From an uncultured delta proteobacterium (GTDB taxonomy: Bacteria; Desulfobacterota; RBG-13-43-22): DNA of 64,000 bases. A model generated the notes under the pieces. It was not told the DNA's origin. It ran no database searches and saw only the letters and a program-made list of their open reading frames with translations. The translations under genes and the position numbers were made by a program. Every line of letters starts with the position of its first letter. Positions within the stretch are counted from its first letter, which is position 1. Location of the stretch: the NCBI GenBank assembly GCA_963743305.1, contig CAVUPH010000006.1, positions 32,001-96,000 on the forward strand, given 5' to 3'. Of the stretch, positions 28,852-39,055 are shown in pieces.

Positions 28852-28867
28852 TGGCAAATCTTTTGCT
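28852..28867 (+). promoter_or_regulatory. putative sigma54 (-24/-12) promoter
   Basis: TGGCAAATCTTTTGCT has GG-N10-GC spacing and sits in an AT-rich region about 90 bp upstream of the next gene. Confidence 0.6.
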
Positions 28868-28956
28868 TGTTATATGTTATAATTTTATTTTGAAGGGGTA
28901 TATACCCCCGGCAAGCCAAATCCTAGAACCAATATCAGGTTAGGGGCTTTAAACTT

Positions 28957-29277
28957 ATGAACCAGAAAGCGATCACTGCCCTGCCCTTTACTACCTGTCT
29001 TTTACCTCTTTCGCTGGTGCTCTTATCCGTGCTGGATGCTTTTTTTACTCTGATTTGTATCCAACGGGGCGGGAGCGAATTAAACCCCTTCATGCGCCTG
29101 GCACTGGGCTATGGACCGGAAACTTTTTTTACGGCCAAGATGCTCCTGACCATCATCCCGGCTATTGTTCTGGCCTCCTTGAGCCGCTTTCGCGCGGCTA
29201 ATTATGGACTGTACCTGGTCAACTTCATTTACATCGGAATCCTTTTCATTCACTTGAAGAACCTCTTCCCGGCATAA
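28957..29277 (+). CDS. DUF5658-like small membrane protein
   Basis: LSVLDAFFTL...GGSELNPFM...F..AK pattern. Confidence 0.75.
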   Translation: MNQKAITALPFTTCLLPLSLVLLSVLDAFFTLICIQRGGSELNPFMRLALGYGPETFFTAKMLLTIIPAIVLASLSRFRAANYGLYLVNFIYIGILFIHLKNLFPA

Positions 29278-29454
29278 TCACCTAACCATGTCCTCTTGTA
29301 TCCGCGATCTCGTCTGCCTGAGGTCGCCCGCCTGAACCACATTCTCTTGGCGATCCCATCATATCTTCTTTTCTGATTCCTGGTTGCGGATAAGCAGCGA
29401 ATTGGATTAGAATAGGATTATCTTAGACGCTCCACCCTTTGGGGAGGATATTTC

Positions 29455-29772
29455 ATGGGCTCCTTAGCCAAATTCAAAGACTTGTCCATAAACTGGGATA
29501 TGGGTCCGGCCGATGCCGTGGCCGTCCATCTGGAATGGGGGAATACCGGCTATTCCGGCCACTATGGGAACCCCGAATCCGAATCTTTCTATTTCTCCAT
29601 CGACACCTGGCAGGAGCCGTACCTGGTCCGCCTGCAGAAGATGACCAAGGACGGGCCGGAGACGCTGCAGGAATTGGAACTTCCGCGGGAATATTGGAGT
29701 TGTTGTGATTACGCCAAAGGAGTCCACCCCCTGCCCCCGGAGGTGCAAGAGTGGCTGAAAACTTTATTTTAG
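29455..29772 (+). CDS. DVU0772-like protein
   Basis: INWDMGPADAV...LEWGN...YFSIDTW pattern; GGAGG RBS. Confidence 0.65.
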   Translation: MGSLAKFKDLSINWDMGPADAVAVHLEWGNTGYSGHYGNPESESFYFSIDTWQEPYLVRLQKMTKDGPETLQELELPREYWSCCDYAKGVHPLPPEVQEWLKTLF

Positions 29773-29853
29773 TTGGATGTCCGATCCGAAGGCCTGGGCA
29801 GGAGTCTACGGACACCCCCGCCCAGGCCCAATTCAGGAAATCGGTCGCTACGC

Positions 29854-32271
29854 TTACTTCCCGGGCATTCGCAACCTTTGCGTATTGGACAGGGTGGTAA
29901 CGGCCCCTCCGGCCCCTATCGTCTTTGAGGGCCAATCTATCGTGCATACATCCCAAACCTGGTCGTCGGTTAGGGTTTGAGGGCCAAAGAAGTAGGATAC
30001 TCCCTGAAGCCAGACCGTGACCGAAGGACTGGTCGGACCTAGATCGTGGTCGGAATAATAATGCACTCTGACCGTATAGCTGCCGTTTTCAAGTTTGTTT
30101 AGACTGATATGTTCCACCGTGCATTGGGTAATGCAGTCCACATCCAGTGCCGGATCATCGCAGGTAATGCCCGGCACTCCCCAGTCAGGATTCTTGTCTA
30201 CATAATAGCATTCGCCGCCACTGGGATTGATAAGATGGAGATCCACATCAGCTCCCGGGGTCGGCCAGTTCAAGGTGATGAGAAGACTTCTATCGTCCGT
30301 AGGTTTGAAGTTGTCGGTCTCGCCCAAGGCCGGTTCGAAAATCCCATTGAAATTACTGTCCTCACAGCCGTCGTCCATTCCTCCATTGTCATTATCCGGG
30401 TCCAGTTCCTTGCGCAGGCCGTCACCGTCTATGTCCGCACTTCGCCGGCTAAAGGCCCCCGCGCTGTTGAAGACGTATTCCCTGATCTCCTTCTTATCCG
30501 GGACCCGGTCATTATCCGAATCCGCATATATTGGATCAGTTTTAAATCGGTTTATTTCATCGAAGTCGTTAATGCCGTCGCCATCGCTGTCGAGCTTAAG
30601 GTCGGCATCGTCCGATTTGACGCTGGGGGCCCCTGTCGTATTGGCAGGGCCGACCCAGACGTGGGCAATAGGGTCGTTGGCATAGCTCACCCATTTGGCC
30701 CCATCCCAGGGATCCAGAAGATGGATGAACTGCCAGGTAGTGACCCCGATAGTGAAATCAAAATAGCCGTCAATAGCCCGCATATGGCCGGGTATGCGGG
30801 CCATGATCGGACGGTTTCCGTCAATCCACGTTTTGATTTGGGCGAAGGTCGGTTTGCCGGCCTGTGCCGGGATAGTAGCCGGGGCGATTCCCAGGGCCCA
30901 GGCAAGGGTATTGGTTTCGATAGGATCCGGTGGTGGAGCAACGCCGACATTGTGCCCCAGTTGTTTTTCAGGTTGGCCACCTTTAAATATTTCATAGGTG
31001 ATGCGATCCTGGCTAAGTTTACCGGTATAATAGGAGGCCATCATGGATATGGAGGCCCGGACACAGTAACAATTCCCGTGGGTGCCCCGTTCCGTATGAG
31101 GGCGGTCCCAAGCCAAATTCCCCGTTTCCGGGTCGCCATCCAGGCAGAGCATGGTGGTATCCTTGTGCTGCAATTGCCAGGTAATACCCAGGGTTTTGAT
31201 GGCCCCTAATGGTCCGCTCACCGGAAAGGTTAAGCTGCGGACCTCAACGCCGGTTGACCAGGGGCTCTCGCTACCGGCCAAGAGGACCTTGACGCGCCAA
31301 TAATAGGTTCCCGCCGCCACCGTGGATGGAGGAACTTCCTTTGAGGGCATATAAACGGCGTTCAAAAGCACTTTGTCCACCGACGGCGAACTGAAGTCGC
31401 TGTTATTGTCCATCTGAAACCGGTAGCCGCTGGCTTTCTCTATGGGTGCCCAAATGACGGAGAAGGTGGCGCCATCAATTGTCGCCCCTGCCGCAGGATA
31501 GAACCAGGATATACCGGGAACGGGGTTTTCGCTGCCCGGGCTCGCCTGATTGGCCGGGTAGAGCGTCCAATCATCCGGGTAGAGGGTCTGACTACCCGGA
31601 AGTGCGCCGATCGTTTCATTTGGCACCCGCGGATCATTCGGAGAGCCGTCTCCTAAACCGCGGGCCAGACTTTTAAACCACTGGGGGGTCCAGAGTCCGG
31701 CCTTGGTGGCATTGGCGGCTCGATCCCCCGGGTCGGCCCCCCAGGCCACAAACGATACGATAGCCGGTTCAGGAAAATCGGTAGGCGGCGCCGGGACTGG
31801 CGGATTGTAACTATTAAATACATTTAGTATAAGCGGGAGAAAAAGTTGAACTTGACCGCCGGCAACGTAAAGGCCTACTTGCCCGGCGGTTTTCCCGAGA
31901 ATATCTACTAAATCCGACCCCGAATGGAGCGTCGCCACATTATCGCTGAAATCATAATCATCGCCGCCACTGCCGGCCCCATCAAAGACCACCACGACGA
32001 AAGCCCCACTTGGTACGGCGGGCAAGGCGGTGGGGATGGTATACCAGGCGCCGGCCTCGTTGGTGATCCGGTAACCGGCGATGTTGATCGGCGCGGCCCC
32101 TGAATTCTTCAGCTCCACCCATTGATGGCTGCCGGCGCCGGGGTTGAACAGGACCTCATTAATTCGTATTGCGCTGTTGGTGGCACTAATCGCGGTTCCC
32201 ATTGATAAGATCAAAAGCGTACCCAGCAAAATCAAACCAATCAATCCTTGAAAGCCTTGACGTTTACTCAT
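29854..32271 (-). CDS. secreted multidomain protein: lamin-tail domain, Ig/FN3-like, C39-like papain-fold peptidase, Ca-binding DxDxDG repeats, YfaP/DUF2135-like C-terminus
   Basis: Signal peptide; IRINEVLFNP..QWVELKN; GTYYWRV; CYCVRAS / GHMRAIDGY / LLDPW; DSDGDG and DIDGDG; LNW...DVDLHLINPSG. GGAGGT RBS. Confidence 0.75.
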   Translation of the reverse strand: MSKRQGFQGLIGLILLGTLLILSMGTAISATNSAIRINEVLFNPGAGSHQWVELKNSGAAPINIAGYRITNEAGAWYTIPTALPAVPSGAFVVVVFDGAGSGGDDYDFSDNVATLHSGSDLVDILGKTAGQVGLYVAGGQVQLFLPLILNVFNSYNPPVPAPPTDFPEPAIVSFVAWGADPGDRAANATKAGLWTPQWFKSLARGLGDGSPNDPRVPNETIGALPGSQTLYPDDWTLYPANQASPGSENPVPGISWFYPAAGATIDGATFSVIWAPIEKASGYRFQMDNNSDFSSPSVDKVLLNAVYMPSKEVPPSTVAAGTYYWRVKVLLAGSESPWSTGVEVRSLTFPVSGPLGAIKTLGITWQLQHKDTTMLCLDGDPETGNLAWDRPHTERGTHGNCYCVRASISMMASYYTGKLSQDRITYEIFKGGQPEKQLGHNVGVAPPPDPIETNTLAWALGIAPATIPAQAGKPTFAQIKTWIDGNRPIMARIPGHMRAIDGYFDFTIGVTTWQFIHLLDPWDGAKWVSYANDPIAHVWVGPANTTGAPSVKSDDADLKLDSDGDGINDFDEINRFKTDPIYADSDNDRVPDKKEIREYVFNSAGAFSRRSADIDGDGLRKELDPDNDNGGMDDGCEDSNFNGIFEPALGETDNFKPTDDRSLLITLNWPTPGADVDLHLINPSGGECYYVDKNPDWGVPGITCDDPALDVDCITQCTVEHISLNKLENGSYTVRVHYYSDHDLGPTSPSVTVWLQGVSYFFGPQTLTDDQVWDVCTIDWPSKTIGAGGAVTTLSNTQRLRMPGK

Positions 32272-32525
32272 GGATCACCTCCATTGCTGTTCTTTGGGAG
32301 TCATCTTGTTGATTATTGTCCATTACCCTGCCGCGGGACCTATGGCAACGCAACAATACCGCGGCGGTTACCCTAATCGCTTTTTTTCTCTCCTCTTAAG
32401 TTATTGCTAATTCGGTTCGGCGGGGGGGTCGACTTATACTGACAGGCAATCCTTCGCCTGCTTATTTTTTGAATATCATAGTTAAGAAAAACATTCAAAG
32501 AAATAAATTTGGGGAGGATCAGACC

Positions 32526-32683
32526 TGATGATTTCGCAAAAAGTCCTCAGCGCTGTCATTGCGAGGAGTGAAGCGACGAAGCAATCCCCAAGAACCAGCT
32601 AGCTACTAGGATGGGGATTAGCTTCCCCCGGATCAAGTCCGGGGTCGCAATGACAGGTTTTTGGACTTTTTGCGAGGTTGTCA
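32526..32683. mobile_element. MITE-like nested palindromic element
   Basis: Outer inverted repeat TCGCAAAAAGTCC / GGACTTTTTGCGA encloses TGTCATTGCGAG...GCAATCCCC...GGGATT...TCGCAATGACA. Confidence 0.6.
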
Positions 32684-32716
32684 AAACTCTTTCGATCTCC
32701 TCTCCCATCACCAAGA

Positions 32717-34618
32717 TCATGCTTCCGCCCCGGTCAGACAAACGCCTATTTTTTCCCATCGACCCTCTTCGACCCAATCGTATTTTTCCTTGAACAGCCG
32801 GTCGCTGAGCTGACGCTGTTCTTTCCGGGCGCGCTGCAGGAAAAGGGCGAACTGGTCGGGACCGCCGTTGTACATGGCGTAGACGGCCTGATAGAGCAGG
32901 TCGTCGTCGGGGGGTTTGGAAGGGCCGACCCGTTCCAGGCCGTAGCGCAGGTAGCGGGCCAGGATCTCCGTTCCGGCCCGGGCGTTGTAATGGATGTTCC
33001 AGCGCAGGCTCTCCGGCCGGTAGATTCCCCGCCAGACTTGGACGTTGATTTGCATCAGGCCGACCGAGCTACGGTTATAAGAGGTGAGGTAGCGGATTTT
33101 CCCGCCGCTGACGGTAAACTGCCGCCAGCAGCTCTCCTGCCAGGCCGTGGCCGTTACCAGATTTTTGAAACCTTTCCTCCGCTTCTGATCCGGGTTAGCC
33201 CCGTTATAAACCCGTTCAACGGCCTGGGAGATGAGTCCCCGGATTCTCGAAAGGTATGGGTCGATCTCCTTCCGGGGAGGTATCCAGGGTAAGAGTTCCT
33301 GATCGGCCCGGCTGCTGTCCGCGACATTGGCGGCAGCCTGTCGGATCATCCAACGCCCCGGGCTTTCCGGTCCCAGATCGGACTCCGGCCATAACCCCTC
33401 CGGAAGGTCCACCTCATCCGCATCATATTCCGGTCCGGGCTCTTCGATGGGCGGACCCAACAGTAATATCTCGCGCAAACGGGGATCCACTTCCTTCGAA
33501 TACCGGGGCTCCCAGTCGGACTTGGGGGAAGCCAGCAGCCGGGCCAGCCGAATCAACCCGTTCCGGCTGACTTCCAGACCGAAGGCGGGTCCGATCCGGT
33601 CCAACGCCTTTAAGGCGTCCATGACGCTGAAAAAGGCCAGGTAGTTAACCAGATTGGGTGACGGTTCCTGAACCAGATATTTCCTGAGGATGGGGCTGAG
33701 GCCGGACCAGGAGGTCACCAATTGCCGACGTATCAGGTCGGGTGCCGAAGTACCGGCCTGGTCCAGCGCCGCGGCCGCCTGGTACCGCCCGGACAGGAGA
33801 ATCTCCAGTACCCGGTCCCGCTCTTCCGGAGTCAACGGCTGCCCGGCCAGGGCCAGGATTTGAAAGACCACAAAGGGATCCCATAATTCCCAAAGTGCTT
33901 GCAACCGCTCCGGCTCTTTTTCGGGCGGGCCGGTTCCCTCTGGAATGGCCGCACCCGGATCCGGGACCTCCACCTCAAAAAGAACCGGAACGCGTAGGGC
34001 CTCGGGACCGGTTTCGACGGCCCCCGGACGAAGGGTTTTCAGCCAGGAGGAGATCCGGTCCCGGCCTTCCGGATGGACCATCAAGGGGATCAGCTCCCTG
34101 ATTTGCGTTACCGGGGGCGCCAGGTTGAGGGAGAATTTTTCCAATTGCGGATGAACAAACCGTTTGACCAAGTCCCAGACGACCCGGGCAACGGAGATTT
34201 CATCCTCTGATCGTTGATACAAACGGGAATCCACCACTCGAAAGTGGAGCCGCCAGTACTGGGGTTCCAGAAGAGGTTCCAACCGGGCCTTGAAATTACC
34301 CTCCCAATCCACCGGCTGGAGGCACTCGGCCATGACCGATAATCCGGCCCGGACCTGAAGGCGGGCGGAGAGGATCAGCCCTCCCTCACTGGTCTTAACA
34401 TCCGGGTCTCTCAATTCGATTCGATTGCAGTGATTCCCGGGATCGATCAAGATCGCCCGGGGTCCGGGTTCAGGAAACACCTGTTGGATTAAAAAGGCCC
34501 GCAGCAAAGGCGGATCGAGGGTGATGGGCAGGGATAGGGTCTCCGTGCCCGCCCAGGACGTACCCAGCCAGAACAGTCCCAACCAGCCCCAGGCAAAAAT
34601 CCTTAAAATCGGTTTCAT
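32717..34618 (-). CDS. exported protein with a C-terminal lytic transglycosylase (SLT) domain
   Basis: Signal peptide; TAWQESCW, VGLMQIN and AMYNGGP motifs. Confidence 0.82.
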   Translation of the reverse strand: MKPILRIFAWGWLGLFWLGTSWAGTETLSLPITLDPPLLRAFLIQQVFPEPGPRAILIDPGNHCNRIELRDPDVKTSEGGLILSARLQVRAGLSVMAECLQPVDWEGNFKARLEPLLEPQYWRLHFRVVDSRLYQRSEDEISVARVVWDLVKRFVHPQLEKFSLNLAPPVTQIRELIPLMVHPEGRDRISSWLKTLRPGAVETGPEALRVPVLFEVEVPDPGAAIPEGTGPPEKEPERLQALWELWDPFVVFQILALAGQPLTPEERDRVLEILLSGRYQAAAALDQAGTSAPDLIRRQLVTSWSGLSPILRKYLVQEPSPNLVNYLAFFSVMDALKALDRIGPAFGLEVSRNGLIRLARLLASPKSDWEPRYSKEVDPRLREILLLGPPIEEPGPEYDADEVDLPEGLWPESDLGPESPGRWMIRQAAANVADSSRADQELLPWIPPRKEIDPYLSRIRGLISQAVERVYNGANPDQKRRKGFKNLVTATAWQESCWRQFTVSGGKIRYLTSYNRSSVGLMQINVQVWRGIYRPESLRWNIHYNARAGTEILARYLRYGLERVGPSKPPDDDLLYQAVYAMYNGGPDQFALFLQRARKEQRQLSDRLFKEKYDWVEEGRWEKIGVCLTGAEA

Positions 34619-35661
34619 GGCTTAGACGACCCGGCCTTCTCCTTCATGCTTTTTTTAAGCCCCCGAATGTTTCTCAACACAAAGGCCTCCGGATCGAGAA
34701 CTCCTTTCGAATCCCGGGGAAGGGAGTCCAACGGCATTTCTGCCCGAGCGGCATTTTTGTGTCCCCCGGCCGAAGCCCCCCACCTTTCAAAGAGCTTCTG
34801 AGCCGTTTTTCCCGCATTTCCCCGCAAATCCGCGTTTCGGAAGATGACGATCAATTTGTCTTTATGCGTCCCGGAGACGATGCTCCAGGTGGCTTCGGCC
34901 AGGCGGGTAAAAAAATCGGCGATGATCACCAGGATATCCGGATTTTCCACCTCGCCCAGATGGACGAAGGCCTTGTCCTTCACGAAAGTCAATTTCTCCA
35001 GAGCCAATTTATAACTGGTTAGGACTTTTCGGGTTATTTCCGAAGATTCAATTTTTTTGATCATATTCATATTGGAAAATTTATACAGATAGCGGAAGGC
35101 GCTGATGTCCTCCAGGGTAGCCCCCCGCACGAAATTATCCGTATCGGTCTTAATTCCGTAAAAAAGCGCGGTCGCCAATCTCTGGGAGGGGATGATTTTG
35201 AGCCCTTTCAGGTATTCGGTCATGATGGTGGCGGTGGCGCCGAAATGTTCGCGGACATCCACAAAATCCGCCGTCAATCCCCCTTCACAGGGATGGTGAT
35301 CGATGACGATATCGAAGGGAATATCCCGAAACTCCGCGTAATGTTGCGGCTGGGAATCCAATACGGCCCATTTGGTTATCAGGGCGGGCTTCAGGTGCCG
35401 GAGGTGCTGCTGCTCTATTCTCAGGAACTTGATAAAGGCCAGATTGTCCGCCCGCTGCACCTGGTTGATATGATAGATTAATATTTTTTTGGCCTTCCTC
35501 CAGAAAATCCGTTTCAAAGCGATGGCGCTGGCCATAGCATCGGGATCGGCATTGATCAATATGCCCAGCGTGTCGTCGGGACCCACCGCCTTCATGAGAC
35601 ACCTTCCTTTTTCGGCCGAGGTGGCGGATTTGGTGAACGATTGCTGATTATGGGCCTTCAA
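34615..35661 (-). CDS. DHH/DHHA1 phosphoesterase (NrnA-like)
   Basis: ADPDA, VIDHHP, GIKTDT and AGGHKNAAR motifs. Confidence 0.88.
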   Translation of the reverse strand: MKAHNQQSFTKSATSAEKGRCLMKAVGPDDTLGILINADPDAMASAIALKRIFWRKAKKILIYHINQVQRADNLAFIKFLRIEQQHLRHLKPALITKWAVLDSQPQHYAEFRDIPFDIVIDHHPCEGGLTADFVDVREHFGATATIMTEYLKGLKIIPSQRLATALFYGIKTDTDNFVRGATLEDISAFRYLYKFSNMNMIKKIESSEITRKVLTSYKLALEKLTFVKDKAFVHLGEVENPDILVIIADFFTRLAEATWSIVSGTHKDKLIVIFRNADLRGNAGKTAQKLFERWGASAGGHKNAARAEMPLDSLPRDSKGVLDPEAFVLRNIRGLKKSMKEKAGSSKP

Positions 35662-35858
35662 GAAGGATATCTCTCCTTAAAATAGGAACGATTTTTTAAC
35701 TAGCGCCAAAGTCTACCAGAAAGCGGTAGCATTTAGAAGAATTAGCTGATCTTCCAACCCCGGGGAGCCCCGACCTTTCCTGATCATCCAGGATCCGGGT
35801 ATAAAATAAAAGAGGCCTAACCGCTTCCGGATAAGCCCCTTCTCTTCCTTTAAAAACG

Positions 35859-35934
<76 letters not shown>

Positions 35935-35987
35935 ACGGGTTTCACTTTAAAGATTCCCGGAATTTTGTCAAGAAAAATATCGGTTTT

Positions 35988-36341
35988 TTATTCCAGGGTA
36001 AGGTCCACCGCGAATCCCTCGCTGATTTTCTTCTTCTCTTCCGCCGGGTTTACTTTCCATTTTTCGGAGAGCGCGGCCACGGTGGTCTCGTCATTGAGAT
36101 CGAGGTCTACGGTTTTCGGAGCCGAGGGAGACACTGATTGGATTTTTGCAGTTCCCTCGTTTACCGGGGCTGCCTTGACTGAACCCGATGGGACCTTTTT
36201 CAAGATTTCCGTCAGGGAAAGGGGCTGCAACGGCCCTTCGGGAAGGTTTAAACGAATCCTCTCCCCCGAAAGGTCCGCCCGGCATTTGGAACAAGTGTCC
36301 GGATTGTCAAATTGATTGTAACCGCACTTCGGACAACGCAT
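35988..36341 (-). CDS. N-terminal zinc-ribbon hypothetical protein
   Basis: MRCPKCGY...CSKC; GGAGG RBS; downstream of rsmE. Confidence 0.75.
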   Translation of the reverse strand: MRCPKCGYNQFDNPDTCSKCRADLSGERIRLNLPEGPLQPLSLTEILKKVPSGSVKAAPVNEGTAKIQSVSPSAPKTVDLDLNDETTVAALSEKWKVNPAEEKKKISEGFAVDLTLE

Positions 36342-36354
36342 ATAAACCTCCTTT

Positions 36355-37104
36355 TCAATTTCCCCCCAGGTCCCCCCAACAATATTGCAAGAGACCGATA
36401 AGAGTCAGGACTGCTGTTTCGGCCCTCAGTATCCTGGGCCCCAGGGAGATGGTAATAAAGTTTTTTTCTTTAGCCCGGCGGATTTCTTCCGAACCAAAGC
36501 CCCCTTCCGGTCCGATACAAACCATTACCTGTCCGGTCTCAGGGGGTTTATCGGCTATTTCCTTTAAGGTATTAGCCGTTTCTCCTTCATAGGGCAGGAT
36601 TCGCAAGGCCTGCCCCCCGGTCTCCAGCACCTGATCAAAGGAGCAAGGCGCCATTAGTTCGGGCAATCGGTTCCGGCCGCACTGTTTGGCCGCTGCGGTG
36701 ATGATCCGTTTCCATCGTTCCTGCTTGCCCCCCAATTCCTGTCTGGAAAAATTGCGCCCGGATTTGCTGGAAAAGTAAGGGCAAAACAAATTCACTCCCA
36801 GCTCCGTGCCTTTTTGATAGATCCATTCCAGGGGCTGTGGTCGAATCAGGGGAACAGCCAGCGTAATCCTCAGCGGGGATTCCCGGGGGACCCATTTTTT
36901 CCCCAACACTTCACAAAAAACCTGCCCCCTCTGCGTACCGGTTATTTGGGCATTAAATTCCCAGCCGGTATTATCAAAAAGAACGATCCGGTCACCGGGC
37001 CCCAGCCGTAGGACCCGCAGGATATGGTCGGCCTCCTCCCCCTCCAGCGAGGGTCTCTCCTGCTGAAGGCGACCGGAATCCATGAAAAAACGTCTGGGCG
37101 TCAC
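36355..37104 (-). CDS. rsmE: 16S rRNA m3U1498 methyltransferase
   Basis: HILRVLRL, QKGTELGV, IGPEGGF and LGPRILRAETA motifs. Confidence 0.95.
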   Translation of the reverse strand: MTPRRFFMDSGRLQQERPSLEGEEADHILRVLRLGPGDRIVLFDNTGWEFNAQITGTQRGQVFCEVLGKKWVPRESPLRITLAVPLIRPQPLEWIYQKGTELGVNLFCPYFSSKSGRNFSRQELGGKQERWKRIITAAAKQCGRNRLPELMAPCSFDQVLETGGQALRILPYEGETANTLKEIADKPPETGQVMVCIGPEGGFGSEEIRRAKEKNFITISLGPRILRAETAVLTLIGLLQYCWGDLGGN

Positions 37105-37153
37105 AGATGTTTATAATCCCCTACCTGCCAAATAAACCGGGTGAACCATTTTT

Positions 37154-37237
37154 CTCTCGACCGCTCCTTTCCGTCGCTCGAGTTCACAGAGAGATCAGAG
37201 AACTTTTCTCTGCAATCTCTGTGCGCTCGGAAAGAGA
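37154..37237. repeat. intergenic imperfect palindrome
   Basis: CACAGAGA..CAGAG pairs with CTCTG..TCTCTGTG between prmA and rsmE. Confidence 0.4.
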
Positions 37238-37258
37238 TCGTCTTTTGCTGTGACTAGA

Positions 37259-38185
37259 CTATACCCCGGGCTCCTTTGAAAACAAGACACCGGCCCATTC
37301 CTCTTCCAGGTAAAGGCAGAGGAAGGTCAGCTTGCGGAGCACACAGGCCCGAATCAATTCTTTAGCCTGGGAATCTAAAATGCCGGACAAAACCAGAAAT
37401 CCTCCGGGAGAGAGCAGGCTCTGGAGCACCCCGGTCAAAGGCAGCAGGTCAGCCAAGGTTAAATTGGCGAAAATCAGAGAGTAAACGCCCTGGATTGATT
37501 CCGCCGTCCCCTCCTGCACCCGGATGATGGATTCAAAACCGTTTATGGCCACATGCAGACGTGCCGCCGCCACCGCCAGGGGGTCCGAGTCAATGGCCAG
37601 GACCGACCGGGCATTGAACAGGGCCGCGGCCAGGGCCAAAATCCCGGTCCCGGTACCCACATCCAGGACCCGGGTCAAAGGGTGGCGGGAGTGACCGGTC
37701 TCTTCGGATAGGCCTTCCAGAACCCTCAGGCATAACCGTGTGCTGGCGTGGCCACCGGTCCCGAAGGCCTGGCCGGGATCGAGGCGCAGGACCTTTTCCT
37801 CGCCTTCAGGCCGGTATTCCTCCCAGGTTGGGCAGATAACGAGAGAGGGAGAGAGCCTCAAGGGTTTAAAATTCCGTTTCCAGTTATCCTGCCAGTTTTC
37901 GGAAGGGATCAGCCGTAGCTCCCAGCAGGGGGAAGGGACCTCCGGAAAAAATGAAAAATAGGAGGCGATCCTTTTTTTAAGTCGGATGAATTTCCGGCGA
38001 AAAGCCTCATCCCGAGGCAAAAATCCACGAACCCGTTGTGGCCCCTCTAAAGCCGCATCAGGGTCCACCTTATAGGTACCCCTTCCGGTTTCTTCGAAGA
38101 GGATAACCGCACAGTCTTCGGCCTGAAACGCCGGAATAGTGAGGGTGATTTCCATCCAGGCGGAATATTCATTTAGGCTATTCAT
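37259..38185 (-). CDS. prmA: ribosomal protein L11 methyltransferase
   Basis: LDPGQAFGTGGHASTRLC, LDVGTGTGIL and LSGIL motifs; adjacent to rsmE. Confidence 0.93.
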   Translation of the reverse strand: MNSLNEYSAWMEITLTIPAFQAEDCAVILFEETGRGTYKVDPDAALEGPQRVRGFLPRDEAFRRKFIRLKKRIASYFSFFPEVPSPCWELRLIPSENWQDNWKRNFKPLRLSPSLVICPTWEEYRPEGEEKVLRLDPGQAFGTGGHASTRLCLRVLEGLSEETGHSRHPLTRVLDVGTGTGILALAAALFNARSVLAIDSDPLAVAAARLHVAINGFESIIRVQEGTAESIQGVYSLIFANLTLADLLPLTGVLQSLLSPGGFLVLSGILDSQAKELIRACVLRKLTFLCLYLEEEWAGVLFSKEPGV

Positions 38186-38275
38186 AAGACGCCCTCTTTT
38201 TAGGGTTGCCGGATTTTTAAATATTCTATAAGATTTTAGAATTAAAATCAAACAGATTGCCCGAAGGAAGGAACC

Positions 38276-39055
38276 ATGAACCCGGAGCGGTTAAAAAAAA
38301 TCCTGACCCAGGTCAGACAGGGTAAACTCACGGTGGACGGGGCGCTGAAAAGCCTAAAACATCTGCCTTTTGAAGATATTGATTTCGCCCAAATCGACCA
38401 CCACCGCTCCTTGCGCAAGGGATTCCCCGAAGTGATTTACGGGGAAGGCAAAACGGCCGCCCAGGTGCTGGAGATCATGGTCCGGATGACTCGTCAAGGA
38501 GAAAACGTCCTGATCACCCGTCTGGCCCCGAATAAGGCCCGGACGGTCTTAAAAAAATACCCCCGGGCCGTCTACCATCCCCTATCCCGGGTCCTGACTC
38601 TGGAAAAGATCCCGATGACGGTTAAATCCGCCCGGGGAACCGTACTCGTCATTTCCGCCGGGACCTCGGATATCCCCGTGGCCGAAGAAGCCTTGATCAC
38701 GGCCCGGGTCATGGGCAATCCGGTGGAGCATCTTTATGATCTGGGGGTCGCCGGACTTCATCGTTTATTGGCCCATCAGAAAAAAATTGCCCTGGCTTCG
38801 GTCCTGATTGTGGTCGCCGGTATGGAAGGGGCTTTGCCCAGTGTGGTGGGCGGGTTGGTGGACCGGCCGGTGATCGCCGTGCCGACCAGCGTGGGCTACG
38901 GGGCCAGCTTCCAAGGGGTTGCCGCCCTGCTGGGCATGCTCAACTCCTGCGCCTCCGGGGTAGCCGTAGTCAACATCGACAACGGTTTCGGCGCTGCTTA
39001 CCTGGCCACCCTGATCAACCGGCCTTTTCCCGCCGCGGAAGATCCTCTTCCCTGA
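38276..39055 (+). CDS. larB: nickel pincer cofactor biosynthesis protein LarB (AIR carboxylase-like)
   Basis: AGTSDIPVAEEA, GVAGLHRL, VAGMEGALPSVV and NIDNGFGAA motifs. Confidence 0.92.
   Translation: MNPERLKKILTQVRQGKLTVDGALKSLKHLPFEDIDFAQIDHHRSLRKGFPEVIYGEGKTAAQVLEIMVRMTRQGENVLITRLAPNKARTVLKKYPRAVYHPLSRVLTLEKIPMTVKSARGTVLVISAGTSDIPVAEEALITARVMGNPVEHLYDLGVAGLHRLLAHQKKIALASVLIVVAGMEGALPSVVGGLVDRPVIAVPTSVGYGASFQGVAALLGMLNSCASGVAVVNIDNGFGAAYLATLINRPFPAAEDPLP

Noticed and set aside
29777-29980. ORF MSDPKAWAGVYGHPRPGP... after the DVU0772-like gene
   Set aside because: It mostly overlaps the 3' end of the opposite-strand peptidase gene and has no recognisable motif. It could be a truncated gene start, but this is unsupported.
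38276-39055. A complete lactate racemase / nickel-pincer cluster
   Set aside because: Only larB is present; no larA, larC or larE lies in the window.
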